Below are positions 53,284 to 63,059 of a DNA stretch of 64,000 nucleotides, one piece after another; position 1 is the stretch's first letter; every line of letters begins with the position of its first letter. The DNA comes from an uncultured Alphaproteobacteria bacterium. GTDB lineage: Bacteria; Pseudomonadota; Alphaproteobacteria; Rhizobiales; Kaistiaceae. The stretch spans positions 90,499-154,498 of the forward strand of contig CAVWYO010000009.1 in the NCBI GenBank assembly GCA_963759235.1. Direction: 5' to 3'. A program made the translations under genes and the position numbers. Below the pieces are notes generated by a model, which worked only from the letters and a program-made list of their open reading frames with translations, was not told the DNA's origin and searched no databases.

Positions 53284-53698
53284 ATGTGAGCCTTTTTTGA
53301 TCGGACCACAGTCCCACTTTTGCGATCGACCGGCGACTACGTCGCACAGCTGAAGCCATGCCGCTCCCGGAGCTGGGGCGACCGCCCGCGCAAACACGTC
53401 CGCATGGGCGCCGGGTCGCCTGCCGGCTTAGGTCCGATCGAGTGAACGGTCCCCGGTGTCGGTTGAGGCGCAGGATTTGTCGGAAAAGATGATGGCGTCG
53501 TTTTCGAAGAACGAGCAGATCGCAGTTCTTGCCCGGCGGCAAGAAGGCGCTGGTCCTGAAAGTATTCCTTATGAATCGCATTCGGAAAAAATGGACTTGA
53601 CTTGGCGCGTTGGCGACACACTCTTCCCCCCGAAATCGGACGAGCGCCTGTCCGGGATGGACACCTGCGGGCCTACCAGTCCGCCGAGCAACACAAAA

Positions 53699-54835
53699 AT
53701 GCGCAAACATGGACATCCTGAACTCGATCAGGTGATCGAGGACATCTACGATGCCGCGCTCAATTCGGGGCGGTGGGCGGATACCATTGCCGAGATCGCG
53801 GCATTTGTGGGCGGCCAGGCCGGTGGCCTCGCCCTCAAAGACACCCTCAGCAAGAACGTCAACGTTTACTACGACGTCGGTTTCGAGCCGGAATGCATCC
53901 AGATCTACCTGGAGGCATATTCGAAACTCGATCCTCTCGCAGTCGCGCCCACGCTTGTGACAGGACGTGTCGTGGGCGTCCAGGAGCTTGTTCGCTTCGA
54001 TGAATATCTGCGAGGACGCTTCTACCGGGAGTGGGCACGACCGCAGGGGTGGCTCGACTCAGCCAATGCCATCATCGAGAATTCGGGGACAAGCAGCACT
54101 GTTCTAAGAGTTGTCACCGATAAGACCCGAGGGGTGGTCGACGACGCAATGCGTCGGCGAATGGCCCAGGTCGTGCCGCATGTGCGCCGGGCGGCTTTGG
54201 TCGGGAAGTCGATGGACCTGAAACAAGCCGAAGCGGCGATGCTCGCCGAAACTTTGGACGGACTGAGTGCCGGACTGTTCCTTGTCGACGCCAAGGGCAG
54301 AATTGTCCATGCCAACGGCGCCGCGCGGGATATTGTCGCAGCGGATGATGTGCTGCGGTCGGTGGAAGGCCGCCTCGCGGCCCGCGACGCGCGCGTCAAC
54401 CACGTGCTGCGGGAGACGATTGCCCTCACCGACCAGGGTGACGACGCACTCGGCGCCAGGGGGATCGCGCTGACACTTACCGCGCACGACGGCAACCATT
54501 ACGTCGCCCATGTGCTGCCTTTGAGCTCGGGCGAGCGTCGTCGCGCCGGCATTGCCTACCAGGCAACGGCGGCCGTGTTCGTCCGCAAGGCGGAGCTGCA
54601 AACGCCGTCGGCTGCCGAAGTCATCGGCCGGACCTACGAACTGACGCGCACAGAGCTTCGCGTCCTGCGTGCGGTTGCCGACGAGGGCGGCGTGCCCGAG
54701 GTGGCGCAAGCCCTCGGCATCGCCGAAACCACGGTCAAATTTCACCTCGCCAACATCTATGCGAAGACCGGAGCCAATCGGCAGACGGCTCTCGTCAAGC
54801 TCGTCGCCAGCTTTTCCAATCCGCTGCTCGCATAG
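53699..54835 (+). CDS. LuxR-family transcriptional regulator (378 aa)
   Basis: The start is set at ATG 53699 (MRKHGHPELDQVIEDIYDAALNSGRWADTIAEIA...). C-terminal HTH LTRTELRVLRAVADEGGVPEVAQALGIAETTVKFHLANIYAKTG. Confidence 0.8.
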   Translation: MRKHGHPELDQVIEDIYDAALNSGRWADTIAEIAAFVGGQAGGLALKDTLSKNVNVYYDVGFEPECIQIYLEAYSKLDPLAVAPTLVTGRVVGVQELVRFDEYLRGRFYREWARPQGWLDSANAIIENSGTSSTVLRVVTDKTRGVVDDAMRRRMAQVVPHVRRAALVGKSMDLKQAEAAMLAETLDGLSAGLFLVDAKGRIVHANGAARDIVAADDVLRSVEGRLAARDARVNHVLRETIALTDQGDDALGARGIALTLTAHDGNHYVAHVLPLSSGERRRAGIAYQATAAVFVRKAELQTPSAAEVIGRTYELTRTELRVLRAVADEGGVPEVAQALGIAETTVKFHLANIYAKTGANRQTALVKLVASFSNPLLA

Positions 54836-55055
54836 TCGGCTCCGCCGGATAGACGCCGCGCCGCAGCGCCGCCGATGGGCGGGTCGCTTGTTGCGCTCGG
54901 CGGAGCGGGGGCATTCCGTCACGGCATCGTGAACTCCGGCCCGCCGGTTTCCCCTCCGACCGGAGGGGGACGCGTCGTGCCCCAATCGCTATCTGCCCGC
55001 CTCGACACGGATACCTTCCTCCCGAAGGCTCCCGCTTTGAGGACGACGCTTACCG

Positions 55056-55300
55056 ATGACCAGATTCATTGGAACGAACCACGCCGATACGGCTTTCGCC
55101 GCCGCCCACGACAGCGTCTTGAACGGCTTCAGTGGCGGTACGATCCATCACCTCGACGATGCGTCGGCGACACGTTTCTGGGACGTGGCGGCATGGCCCT
55201 TAATTCGTCGCCGGGCCTGGCAACGACCACATCGATGGCGGCAGCGGCAATGACGCCCTCCGCGGAGGCCCCGGCAACGGCCTGATCAATCCGGCCGGCG
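55056..55300 (+). pseudogene. degraded RTX-type (GGxGxD nonapeptide) gene fragment, multiple frameshifts
   Basis: MTRFIGTNHADT... sits in one frame, GDTFLGRGG in a second, and FVAGPGNDHIDGGSGNDALRGGPGNGLIN in a third. Confidence 0.5.
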
Positions 55301-55407
55301 CGCCCGCTCGCGCGCGGCGCAAAGCACACCTCACCGAACCCGTCAAGCACGCACGCCGCGCGATGCGCTGGCCATCCGAATCTTTGCGATTTTGAAGGAG
55401 AAATATC

Positions 55408-57092
55408 ATGACGACGACACCGACCTTCTGGCTCAATGAAACCACCCTCTCGTTCGACACCTCGACATTCGAGCCGCACCTTACGGCACTCGCCGACGAC
55501 ACCTTTGCCTTGAGCTGGTCGGCCGGCGGCGACATATTCGGCTTCAAGTTGAACTCCTTCGGGAGCTTCACCAGCGGCAATCTGCTGGCCGATCTGTCGC
55601 AGTCGACCGCCAACCCGCTGAGCGGCGCGCAGCTCATTGAACAGACCGACGGAAGCCTGGTGACTGAGTTCCGTCAGGTCGTCGACGGTGACAACGGCGA
55701 CATTCTCTGGCACGCCGTCGGCGCGGCGGATTCGGCCAGTACGTTTCCCATCGAAGGGACCGGCCAAAGCTTCATTCTGCGTGATGCGGCGGCCACGGCG
55801 GACGGAAGGTCGGTGGTTGCCATGGAGACGAGCACCGACGGAGTACGACTCTTCACAGAATTGAAGTTCGTGGGCGCGAACGGCCCCACGAACGAAGGCT
55901 TCGGCCTGGTGGGGATCCATCCCGACGAATCGCAAATCAATCCCAGCATCGTTGGCCTCGCCAACGGCAATGTCGCGATCGCCTATGAGAACGTCCATCC
56001 CGATGCAGCGGGTGGTCCGGGCGAGCATGACATTCGTCTGCATGTTTTTGAGGATGGCGTTGGCGACGTGGCCGATGCCGGCGGCGGCTCGCACGAGGTG
56101 CTGGTCAGCGGATCCGGCCACAACGCGCTTCTGCCGGAGATCGCCCTCCTCAATGGCGGCACGCCGGAGGTGGTCGGCGACGACGCCTTGCTCGTCGTTT
56201 GGCAGGACAATAACGGCATCGAATTCCGCCGCTTCACCGACGAGCGCGCGATACCCATCGACCAGACGTCGCACACCATTACCGGCTCCGCCGGGGGTCT
56301 CGCGCCGCACGTCGCAGCCCTCAACGACGGCGGCTTCATGGTCGAGTGGACCCAGCGCTTCGGCTTCGAGAGCGACGGCTCAAGCGACCTGGGGATCGTC
56401 CTCCAGCGTTTCGACAAAGACGGCAATGCGGTCGGCGACCAGATCATCATCGACAATCCCGGCGACCAAGGACTGTTCAGCGTGGATATGAAGACGCTAA
56501 GCGACGGGCGGGTGGTTCTCGCCTTCAATAACGAACCGGCGACTCCACCGACCTGACGACGCTGGATTACGTGATCCTCGATCCGCGCGACAAGACCATC
56601 AACGGCACCGACGGCGACGATACGATCGTCGGCCGGCTCAAGGCCTCGGTGATCAACGGACTGGGCGGAGCGGATGTCCTCACCGGCATGAACGCCGGCG
56701 ACACGCTCAGCGGCGGCGCGGGGGCCGATACGCTGATCGGCGGCAAGGGCCGGGATACGCTGTTCGGCGGTTCGGATAACGATACTTTCCGCTTCAACCT
56801 GACCAATGAGAGCAAGGTCAAGGCCGCCGACCGGATCATGGACTTCCATCACGGCCAGGGTGACCTGATCGATCTTTCGAATATCGATGCCGACACCGAG
56901 CAAATGGAACACCAGGCCTTTCACTTCATCGGCAAGCACAACTTTCATCACAAGGCCGGTGAGTTGCACTATGTGAAGGAGCCCCACAATCACGTGTTCG
57001 TCGAGGGCGACGTCAACGGCGACGGCCGTGCCGACTTCCGCATCGACGTGCATCACACAAATCACATGGTCGCCGGCGATTTCGTTTTGTAG
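55408..57092 (+). pseudogene. RTX-family secreted calcium-binding protein split by a frameshift near 56540-56560 (ORFs 55408..56556 and 56571..57092)
   Basis: AAGGAG lies before ATG 55408. The N-terminal part has repeated ...DGGF.VEW...LQRFDKDGNAVGDQ modules. After ...AFNNE the reading continues in another frame as (T)GDSTDLTTLDYVILDPRDKTINGTDGDDTIVG...GGAGADTLIGGKGRDTLFGGSDNDTF. Confidence 0.65.
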
Positions 57093-57372
57093 GCGCGAGC
57101 TCATAAATTGCGGTCCGTGGCGGTAAACCCGCCGCGGATCCGCACCGCCCATCAGCCGCCTCGCTCTTACCGAGCACAACCTGTTCAGGCTCCACGGCTG
57201 GGCCGACCGGACAGTCGCAGTTCGCCTGAAATTCTTTACGCCCTGTTAATGCAACGCATCGCCAAATTGCGACAACCCAACATCGTTAAAGGGGGGTTGC
57301 CGCGCCCCCCACGCCAGATGCTATAGCTTTGCGGATTCGGGCAGGCGGCGGCTCGGACGAAAGGCGGTTATC

Positions 57373-58611
57373 ATGACCACCGAGAACTCCATAAGCTGCC
57401 GTTTCCGGCGGTGCACGGGCTTCCCGCTGGCGGGCCTGGCGCTTCTGAGTTTCGTCGAGGTGGCCGCGGCAGCGAGCCCGTCGCAATGGGTCCATTCGTT
57501 CTGGCCAACCGCCAAGGCGGCGGGCGTCTCGTGGGCCGTCTATGATGCCGCGCTCGGCAACTTCACTCCCGATCCCGAGGTTCTCAAGAAGGCCGGCTCG
57601 CAGTCGGAGTTCAAGTCCCGGATCTGGGACTATCTCGACATCACGGTAACCGACGAGCGCATCGCCAAGGGCCAGGCCGAGCTCGTGCAATACGCCTCGG
57701 CGCTCGACAGCATCGAACGGCGCTACGGCGTCGACAAGTACATTATCGTCGCCATCTGGGGGATCGAATCGCATTACGGCGAGGTGCTCCAGGATCCCGA
57801 TATCGTCAAGGGCACCATCCGCTCCTTGGCGACGCTCGCCTATGACGGCGGGTCGCGGGCGAAGTTCGGCCGCACCCAGCTGGTGGCGGCGCTGAAGATT
57901 CTTCAACGCGGCGACGTCACGCCGCAGGCGATGACCGGCTCATGGGCCGGCGCCATGGGCCATACCCAGTTCATTCCGACCACCTACAACGCCTATGCGG
58001 TCGATTTCGACGGCGACGGCCGGCGCGACATCTGGCATTCGCCGGTCGATGCGCTCGCCTCGACGGCGGCCTATCTCGACAAGATGGGCTGGCAGGCAGG
58101 CCAGACCTGGGGCTACGAGGTCGAGCTCGGCAGCGGCTTCGACTATCGGATCGCCGAGAAGGGCGGCAGCCGTTCGCTCGGTGAGTGGCAGAAGCTCGGC
58201 GTTCGCCGGGTCGGCGTCAAGCCCTTCCCCCGGCTGGGCGATTCCGCAACGCTCTTTCTGCCGGCCGGCGGGCAGGGGCCTGCCTTCCTCCTCATCAAGA
58301 ATTTCAGCGTCATCAAGCGCTACAACGCCTCGACCGCCTATGCCCTGGCCGTCGGCCACCTTGCCGACCGGTTGCGCGGCGGCGGACCGTTCGAGGCGGC
58401 GTGGCCGCGCAACGAACGGCCGCTGACGACGGCCGAGAAAGAGCAGCTTCAGCGTCTGCTCGCGGCGCGCGGCCATTATGATGGCCCAATCGACGGCAAG
58501 ATCGGTAGCGGCAGCCGCACCGCGATTCGCGCCTATCAGATGAAGATCGGTATGGTCCCCGACGGCGTCGATTCGGTGAAGGTCTTGCAGCAACTGGAAG
58601 CCGGCTTGTAG
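57373..58611 (+). CDS. lytic murein transglycosylase (MltB/SLT_2 family) with C-terminal peptidoglycan-binding domain
   Basis: IVAIWGIESHYG (catalytic Glu context), GAMGHTQFIPTTY, and C-terminal LQRLLAARGHYDGPIDGKIGSGSRTAIRAYQ (PG_binding_1). Confidence 0.9.
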   Translation: MTTENSISCRFRRCTGFPLAGLALLSFVEVAAAASPSQWVHSFWPTAKAAGVSWAVYDAALGNFTPDPEVLKKAGSQSEFKSRIWDYLDITVTDERIAKGQAELVQYASALDSIERRYGVDKYIIVAIWGIESHYGEVLQDPDIVKGTIRSLATLAYDGGSRAKFGRTQLVAALKILQRGDVTPQAMTGSWAGAMGHTQFIPTTYNAYAVDFDGDGRRDIWHSPVDALASTAAYLDKMGWQAGQTWGYEVELGSGFDYRIAEKGGSRSLGEWQKLGVRRVGVKPFPRLGDSATLFLPAGGQGPAFLLIKNFSVIKRYNASTAYALAVGHLADRLRGGGPFEAAWPRNERPLTTAEKEQLQRLLAARGHYDGPIDGKIGSGSRTAIRAYQMKIGMVPDGVDSVKVLQQLEAGL

Positions 58612-58676
58612 GCTGGCGGCGAGGGACGCGGGCCGGGGGGCGTCCTGGCCAATAAACGGACTGGTGCTCTTCGTAG

Positions 58677-60023
58677 ATGTCCCTCAGGCTGATTCTTGCC
58701 TCGTTCGCTGCGCTGATCGCGCTGGCGCTGGTCGTGCCCGACATGGAACCGGTCGCGGCGCAAAGCATCCAGTACGCCCAGGCCCAGAAACGCCCCGGCC
58801 TCTTCGAACGGCTATTCGGCCCGCGCAACGCACCGCCGAACAGCGTGCAGAAACGGGCGCCGCTCTTTCACAAGCGGGCCCCGGTGACGCGCAAAAAGAC
58901 GACGAGCCGCGCCCCGGCGCCGCCGGCGGTCCCGATCGTCCAGGTCCAGCCGAAGGATCCGAACGCCCGCAAGATCCTCGTCGTCGGGGACTATGTCGCC
59001 GACGGCGTGGCCTGGGGCCTCGATCAGGCGCTCGCCAAGGAACCCAAGCTCGCCGTCGTCGACCAACATGACGGATCGTCGGGTCTCGTGCGGACGGACC
59101 ACTACGACTGGAACAAGGAAATCCTCAAGATTCTCAATGAAGAGACCCCCGACCTCGTCGTGGTCGTCCTCGGCGCCAATGATCGACAGGACATGCGCGA
59201 CGGCAATCAGCGCTATCCGCTCCACTCGGATAAATGGGAAGAGATCTACAATCACAGGATCGACAATCTTGCCGATACGCTGAAGGTATACGGCCGGCCC
59301 TTCTTCTGGGTCAGCGTGCCGCCGGTGCGGGGCACCTCGGCGACGGCAGACGCCGCCTATCTCAACGGTCTGTTCAAGCCGCATGTGGAAAAGGCGGGCG
59401 GCTATTTCGTCGACGTGTGGAACGGCTTCACCAATGCCACCGGCCAATACATCACCACCGGGCCGGACATCGACGGACAGAACAAGGCGCTGCGAACCGG
59501 CGACGGCGTGAACTTCACAAGCGCCGGAAAGCTGAAGCTCGCCTACTATGTCGAACGCGACATCCGCCGCGCCACCGGCATCGGGTCCGGCACCGTCGAT
59601 CTTCTGCCCGCGGTGACCCAGTCAAGCACGATCGAGGTCGGCCCCGACGGCGAGAAGCGGCTGGTCGGACCGGTGATATCGCTGTCGGATCCGCTGCCCG
59701 GCGCCAGCGGCGAACTGGCCGGCAAGCCCGTGTCGGTTATCCTCGATCCGGTCAACGGCCTGCCGGTCATCCCGGTGAAGCCGCCGCTCGCGGTAGCCGT
59801 GGAAAACGACGAGACGCCGCAACTTCGTCTGGTCGTGAAGGGCGAGGCACCGGCGCCTTTGGCGGGCCGGGTCGACGATTTCGCCTGGCCGCCGTCGAAG
59901 CGCGCCAGCCAGATTTTCGTCGCGCCGCAGGGCGACGCGGCCGAGGGAGAGGCGCCGCCGCCTGATGCCGGAGACGGCGGTGGCGAGGCCTCGCTCACCC
60001 CGGTGTCCAAATCGTCGCAGTGA
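58677..60023 (+). CDS. DUF459 / SGNH-hydrolase-like exported protein with a Pro-rich C-terminal region
   Basis: Signal/TM MSLRLILASFAALIALALVV; KILVVGDYVADGVAWGL...DLVVVVLGANDRQD...FWVSVPPVR...LRTGDGVNFTSAG. Confidence 0.7.
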   Translation: MSLRLILASFAALIALALVVPDMEPVAAQSIQYAQAQKRPGLFERLFGPRNAPPNSVQKRAPLFHKRAPVTRKKTTSRAPAPPAVPIVQVQPKDPNARKILVVGDYVADGVAWGLDQALAKEPKLAVVDQHDGSSGLVRTDHYDWNKEILKILNEETPDLVVVVLGANDRQDMRDGNQRYPLHSDKWEEIYNHRIDNLADTLKVYGRPFFWVSVPPVRGTSATADAAYLNGLFKPHVEKAGGYFVDVWNGFTNATGQYITTGPDIDGQNKALRTGDGVNFTSAGKLKLAYYVERDIRRATGIGSGTVDLLPAVTQSSTIEVGPDGEKRLVGPVISLSDPLPGASGELAGKPVSVILDPVNGLPVIPVKPPLAVAVENDETPQLRLVVKGEAPAPLAGRVDDFAWPPSKRASQIFVAPQGDAAEGEAPPPDAGDGGGEASLTPVSKSSQ

Positions 60024-60035
60024 ACGAAAAGCCGC

Positions 60036-61079
60036 TCAGGCCGGCTCTTTCGCCTCGACCTCCTGCCTGACGATGCCGGCGCCGGCGACCATCGCCTGGA
60101 GCTTGCCGAAGGCGACATCGCGCGGCAGGTACTTCATGCCGCAGTCCGGCGCCACGATGATGTTCTTGGCCGCCACGTAAGGCAGGGCCTTGCGGATGCG
60201 CTCGGCCACCTTTTCCGGTGTCTCGACGGTCATGTCGTGCAAGTCGATGACGCCGAGAATGACGGTCTTGCCGGGGAGCTTCGCCAGCACCGACGTATCG
60301 AGGTTCGACTGCGCCGTCTCGATCGAGATCTGCTTGAGCGGAGCGGCGGCCAGCTCGGGAAGGAACGAATAGCCTTCCGGCCGGACATGGATGATCGCGG
60401 CATAGCCGAAGCAGATGTGGAGCGCCGTGGTGCCGGTCAGGCCTTCCAGCGCGCGATTGACGGCGGCGAGCCCGTACTCGCGGGCCTTCTCCGGCCGCGC
60501 CTGCATGTAGGGCTCGTCGATCTGCACGACGTCGGCGCCGGCGGCGAACAGATCCTTCATCTCCTCGTTGACCGCGGCGGCATAGTCGAGGGCCATCTCG
60601 GCGAGGTCGCCGTAGTAATCGTTCTGCGCCTGCTGCGACATGGTGAAGGGACCGGGCACCGTCATCTTCACCATGCGGTCGGTATTGGCCTTGAGGAATT
60701 CGAGGTCGCGCACTTCGACCGGATGTTTCCGCCGGATCGGGCCTACGACGCGAGGTACCGGATTCGGATGGCCGCTGCGGTCGAGGGCGGTGCCGGGGTT
60801 GTCGATGTCCACACCTTCGAGCGCCGTGGCGAACCGGTTGGAATAGCTCTCCCGACGCATCTCGCCGTCGGTGATGATGTCGAGGCCGGCGCGCTCCTGG
60901 TCGCGGATGGCGAGGAGAGTGGCGTCATCCTGAGCCTGGTCGAGCCATTCCGGCGCGACCCGCCAGAGCTCGGTGGCCCGCACCCGCGGCGGAAAGCGCC
61001 CGGCGAGCTTGGCGTGGTCGATGAGCCAGTCCGGTTGTGCGTAGGAGCCGACCAGGGAGGTCGGGAAAAGCTTGTTCAT
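60036..61079 (-). CDS. cobalamin-independent methionine synthase II family protein (MetE C-terminal-domain-only type, 347 aa)
   Basis: ATG 61079 follows GGAGG. MNKLFPTSLVGSYAQPDWL..., DIITDGEMRRESY, VQIDEP, ALHICFGY, VAPDCGMKY. Confidence 0.85.
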   Translation of the reverse strand: MNKLFPTSLVGSYAQPDWLIDHAKLAGRFPPRVRATELWRVAPEWLDQAQDDATLLAIRDQERAGLDIITDGEMRRESYSNRFATALEGVDIDNPGTALDRSGHPNPVPRVVGPIRRKHPVEVRDLEFLKANTDRMVKMTVPGPFTMSQQAQNDYYGDLAEMALDYAAAVNEEMKDLFAAGADVVQIDEPYMQARPEKAREYGLAAVNRALEGLTGTTALHICFGYAAIIHVRPEGYSFLPELAAAPLKQISIETAQSNLDTSVLAKLPGKTVILGVIDLHDMTVETPEKVAERIRKALPYVAAKNIIVAPDCGMKYLPRDVAFGKLQAMVAGAGIVRQEVEAKEPA

Positions 61080-61274
61080 GGTGGATTTCCTCCCGGCAGA
61101 TGCGGGAAACCTAGGCCAAGGCCGAACGGCTGTCACCGTGCACCGCGACGCCGGCGCCGCATGGCGGCGGTCTTGAGCAGAACGCCTGGCGATCCTGATC
61201 GGGGACTATCGCGGTCGAAGCCGGGAAAATCGCACAGGACTCGACGGCTCGTGCGGTTGCTCAGCGAAGCCGTC

Positions 61275-62177
61275 TCAGCCGCGGGGGACGATGATGCCGG
61301 TCGGGGTCTGGACCACCCAGCGGCCGTCCTGGTGGACGATGCGCTGGACCATGCCGAGGCCGGGGAGGGCGGAGCCGGGCGCGACCTCGTAGTAGCTGCC
61401 ATTGCCTTGGACGAGGGCCCGGCCGTTCTCGACCCGCCAGAGGACCCAGCCCGGCGCCACCGGCGGCGTAGCGGCGTTGATCGAGCCGGTAATCTCCGGC
61501 GAGACCCGGGTCTCCGGCTTCGGGGTGTTGCCGAGGTTGGCAATCCTGGAAGCGGGAGCGTCTCGGTTCTTTTCGGCGTTGTCGAGGCGGTTGAGGACAT
61601 TGGCGAGCGCTGCCGTCGAGGTCTGGCCGGAGGCTCGGACGGTCGCCTTCAGCGAGGCGAGCTCGGTCGCGAGCTGGCTGACGCTGGCGCGAAGCGCCTC
61701 AGTCGGGTCGACGGCGTGCCGGTCCGCGCTGGCCACGGCAATCGCGTAGCCGATGGCGTTCGATGCCATCGAACCAATGACCGCGCCGACGCAGGCGGCG
61801 AGGGCGATCAATGCGGCTTGGTGACTGAGCCAGTTGAGAAGGGGATTGCGCCTGGCCCGCTCGACGGGCGTCAGGGCCGGTCCGGCCGGCTCGAACGGTT
61901 CCGCGGCGATGACGATGACGTTGTCATCCGTTGCGTCGATGCCCGCCGCGGGTTTCGCCGGTTGCGGCGCATGCGGTTCATCGCCGTTGCCGGCGGCCAG
62001 AATCCCGATCTCAGGCGTCTTGTCAGCTGATGGCTCGGTCCCCGGCGGCTTGATCTCCTGCGCAGGCGACTCTGGTGCGGCCTTTATTTCTCCCGCTCCG
62101 CTCGGCGCGTCGGCAGCCATATCCCCGGCCTTGTCAATGGCGCTGTCCGGTGACTCGGGATTCTTGCGTTTTGCCAT
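61275..62177 (-). CDS. hypothetical protein: acidic/Pro-rich N-terminus, one TM, coiled-coil-like segment
   Basis: ATG 62177 follows GGAGG (MAKRKNPESPDS...). TM LSHQAALIALAACVGAVIGSMA. The C-terminal GWVLWRVENGRALVQGNGSYYEVAPGSALPGLGMV looks conserved. No family name recalled. Confidence 0.6.
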   Translation of the reverse strand: MAKRKNPESPDSAIDKAGDMAADAPSGAGEIKAAPESPAQEIKPPGTEPSADKTPEIGILAAGNGDEPHAPQPAKPAAGIDATDDNVIVIAAEPFEPAGPALTPVERARRNPLLNWLSHQAALIALAACVGAVIGSMASNAIGYAIAVASADRHAVDPTEALRASVSQLATELASLKATVRASGQTSTAALANVLNRLDNAEKNRDAPASRIANLGNTPKPETRVSPEITGSINAATPPVAPGWVLWRVENGRALVQGNGSYYEVAPGSALPGLGMVQRIVHQDGRWVVQTPTGIIVPRG

Positions 62178-62290
62178 TTTCGCGATCCTCCAGGATTTAC
62201 CCCTTGGTAACCGCGTTCTGGTTAGCGATTGGTTAGCGGCGAGCCGGCCGTCTCCCTCCACATTCTATAGCGATATGCTATATTGTCGTT

Positions 62291-62542
62291 GTGAAGGCGA
62301 TCCGCTATCTGCCGAGGGCGCAAAGAGCCTTGTTGCGGCATCGAGCCGAGGCGGCGCGAATCATCGCGAAGATCGACGCCTATGCGGCTGATCCGGCGTC
62401 TCAGGCGGCCAATGTGAAGCGACTGAAGGGAGGCAAACGGAGTCTGCGCCTCCGTGTCGGCGACTTTCGCGTGTTGTTCACGGAGGATCGCGAAACGATC
62501 TTGGTTCTCGATATTGGCCCGCGCGGGTCGGTCTACGACTGA
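62291..62542 (+). CDS. type II toxin, RelE/ParE superfamily (83 aa)
   Basis: ...LKGGKRSLRLRVGDFRVLFTEDRETILVLDIGPRGSVY is the RelE/ParE C-terminal pattern. GTG start. Confidence 0.75.
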   Translation: MKAIRYLPRAQRALLRHRAEAARIIAKIDAYAADPASQAANVKRLKGGKRSLRLRVGDFRVLFTEDRETILVLDIGPRGSVYD

Positions 62543-62552
62543 GGAGAAAGCA

Positions 62553-62930
62553 GTGAACAGGCCCGTTCGCACGACCACGCCCAGCGGAGAAGAGATCGTC
62601 ATTCTCCCGGCTGCCGAGTATGACCGCCTTGTCGAGCTGGCGGAAGACACCCGGGACGTGACGATCGCCGAGAAGGCGCTATCCGATTTTGCGGCAGGAA
62701 GGGGAGAGGCGCTCAGCGATGGGGAAATGCGGGCGCTGCTTGACGCCGCCACGCCGCTTGCGTTTTGGCGCAAAAGACGCGAACTGACGCAGAAGGCGCT
62801 TGCCGAGGCCGTCGGTATCTCGCAGGCCTATCTCGCCCAGATCGAACGTGGAAAGCGAATGGGCGATGTGCGTCTCTATGGTCGGCTGGCCCACGCGCTG
62901 GGCGTCGAGGTCGGGGACCTGGCACCATAG
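62553..62930 (+). CDS. antitoxin with C-terminal XRE-type HTH (HigA-like position, downstream of the toxin)
   Basis: GTG 62553 lies 6 nt after GAGGAG. LTQKALAEAVGISQAYLAQIERGKRMG is an HTH_3 motif. It starts 10 nt after the toxin stop. Confidence 0.75.
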   Translation: MNRPVRTTTPSGEEIVILPAAEYDRLVELAEDTRDVTIAEKALSDFAAGRGEALSDGEMRALLDAATPLAFWRKRRELTQKALAEAVGISQAYLAQIERGKRMGDVRLYGRLAHALGVEVGDLAP

Positions 62931-63027
62931 CCGGCGATTGGCCCGAGCCTCGCGCGCTAGCGCAAAGTCCGTTCCGATTGAATCGGAGCCTTTGCTCTAA
63001 CTCTTTGATTCTTCGCGTCTTCCGGGC

Positions 63028-63049
63028 GGAAAAGTGCGCGCACTTTTCC
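63028..63049. terminator. perfect 22-bp palindrome GGAAAAGTGCGCGCACTTTTCC between convergent genes
   Basis: Direct reading. It lies 11 nt downstream of the gltD stop. There is no T-run, so function as a bidirectional terminator is only inferred. Confidence 0.35.
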
Positions 63050-63059
63050 TGAAGATGCT

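Noticed and set aside
61080-61274. Possible riboswitch (cobalamin or SAM-II) in the ~195-nt leader of the MetE-like gene
   Set aside because: I found GCGATTTTCCCGGCTTCG, which resembles the 5' half of SAM-II. I found no 3' AAAGC pairing partner, and no B12-box-like (AGYCMGG.G.CC) or GGGAA/GCCACTG elements. The evidence is insufficient; a covariance-model scan (Rfam RF00521, RF00174, RF01727) would decide.
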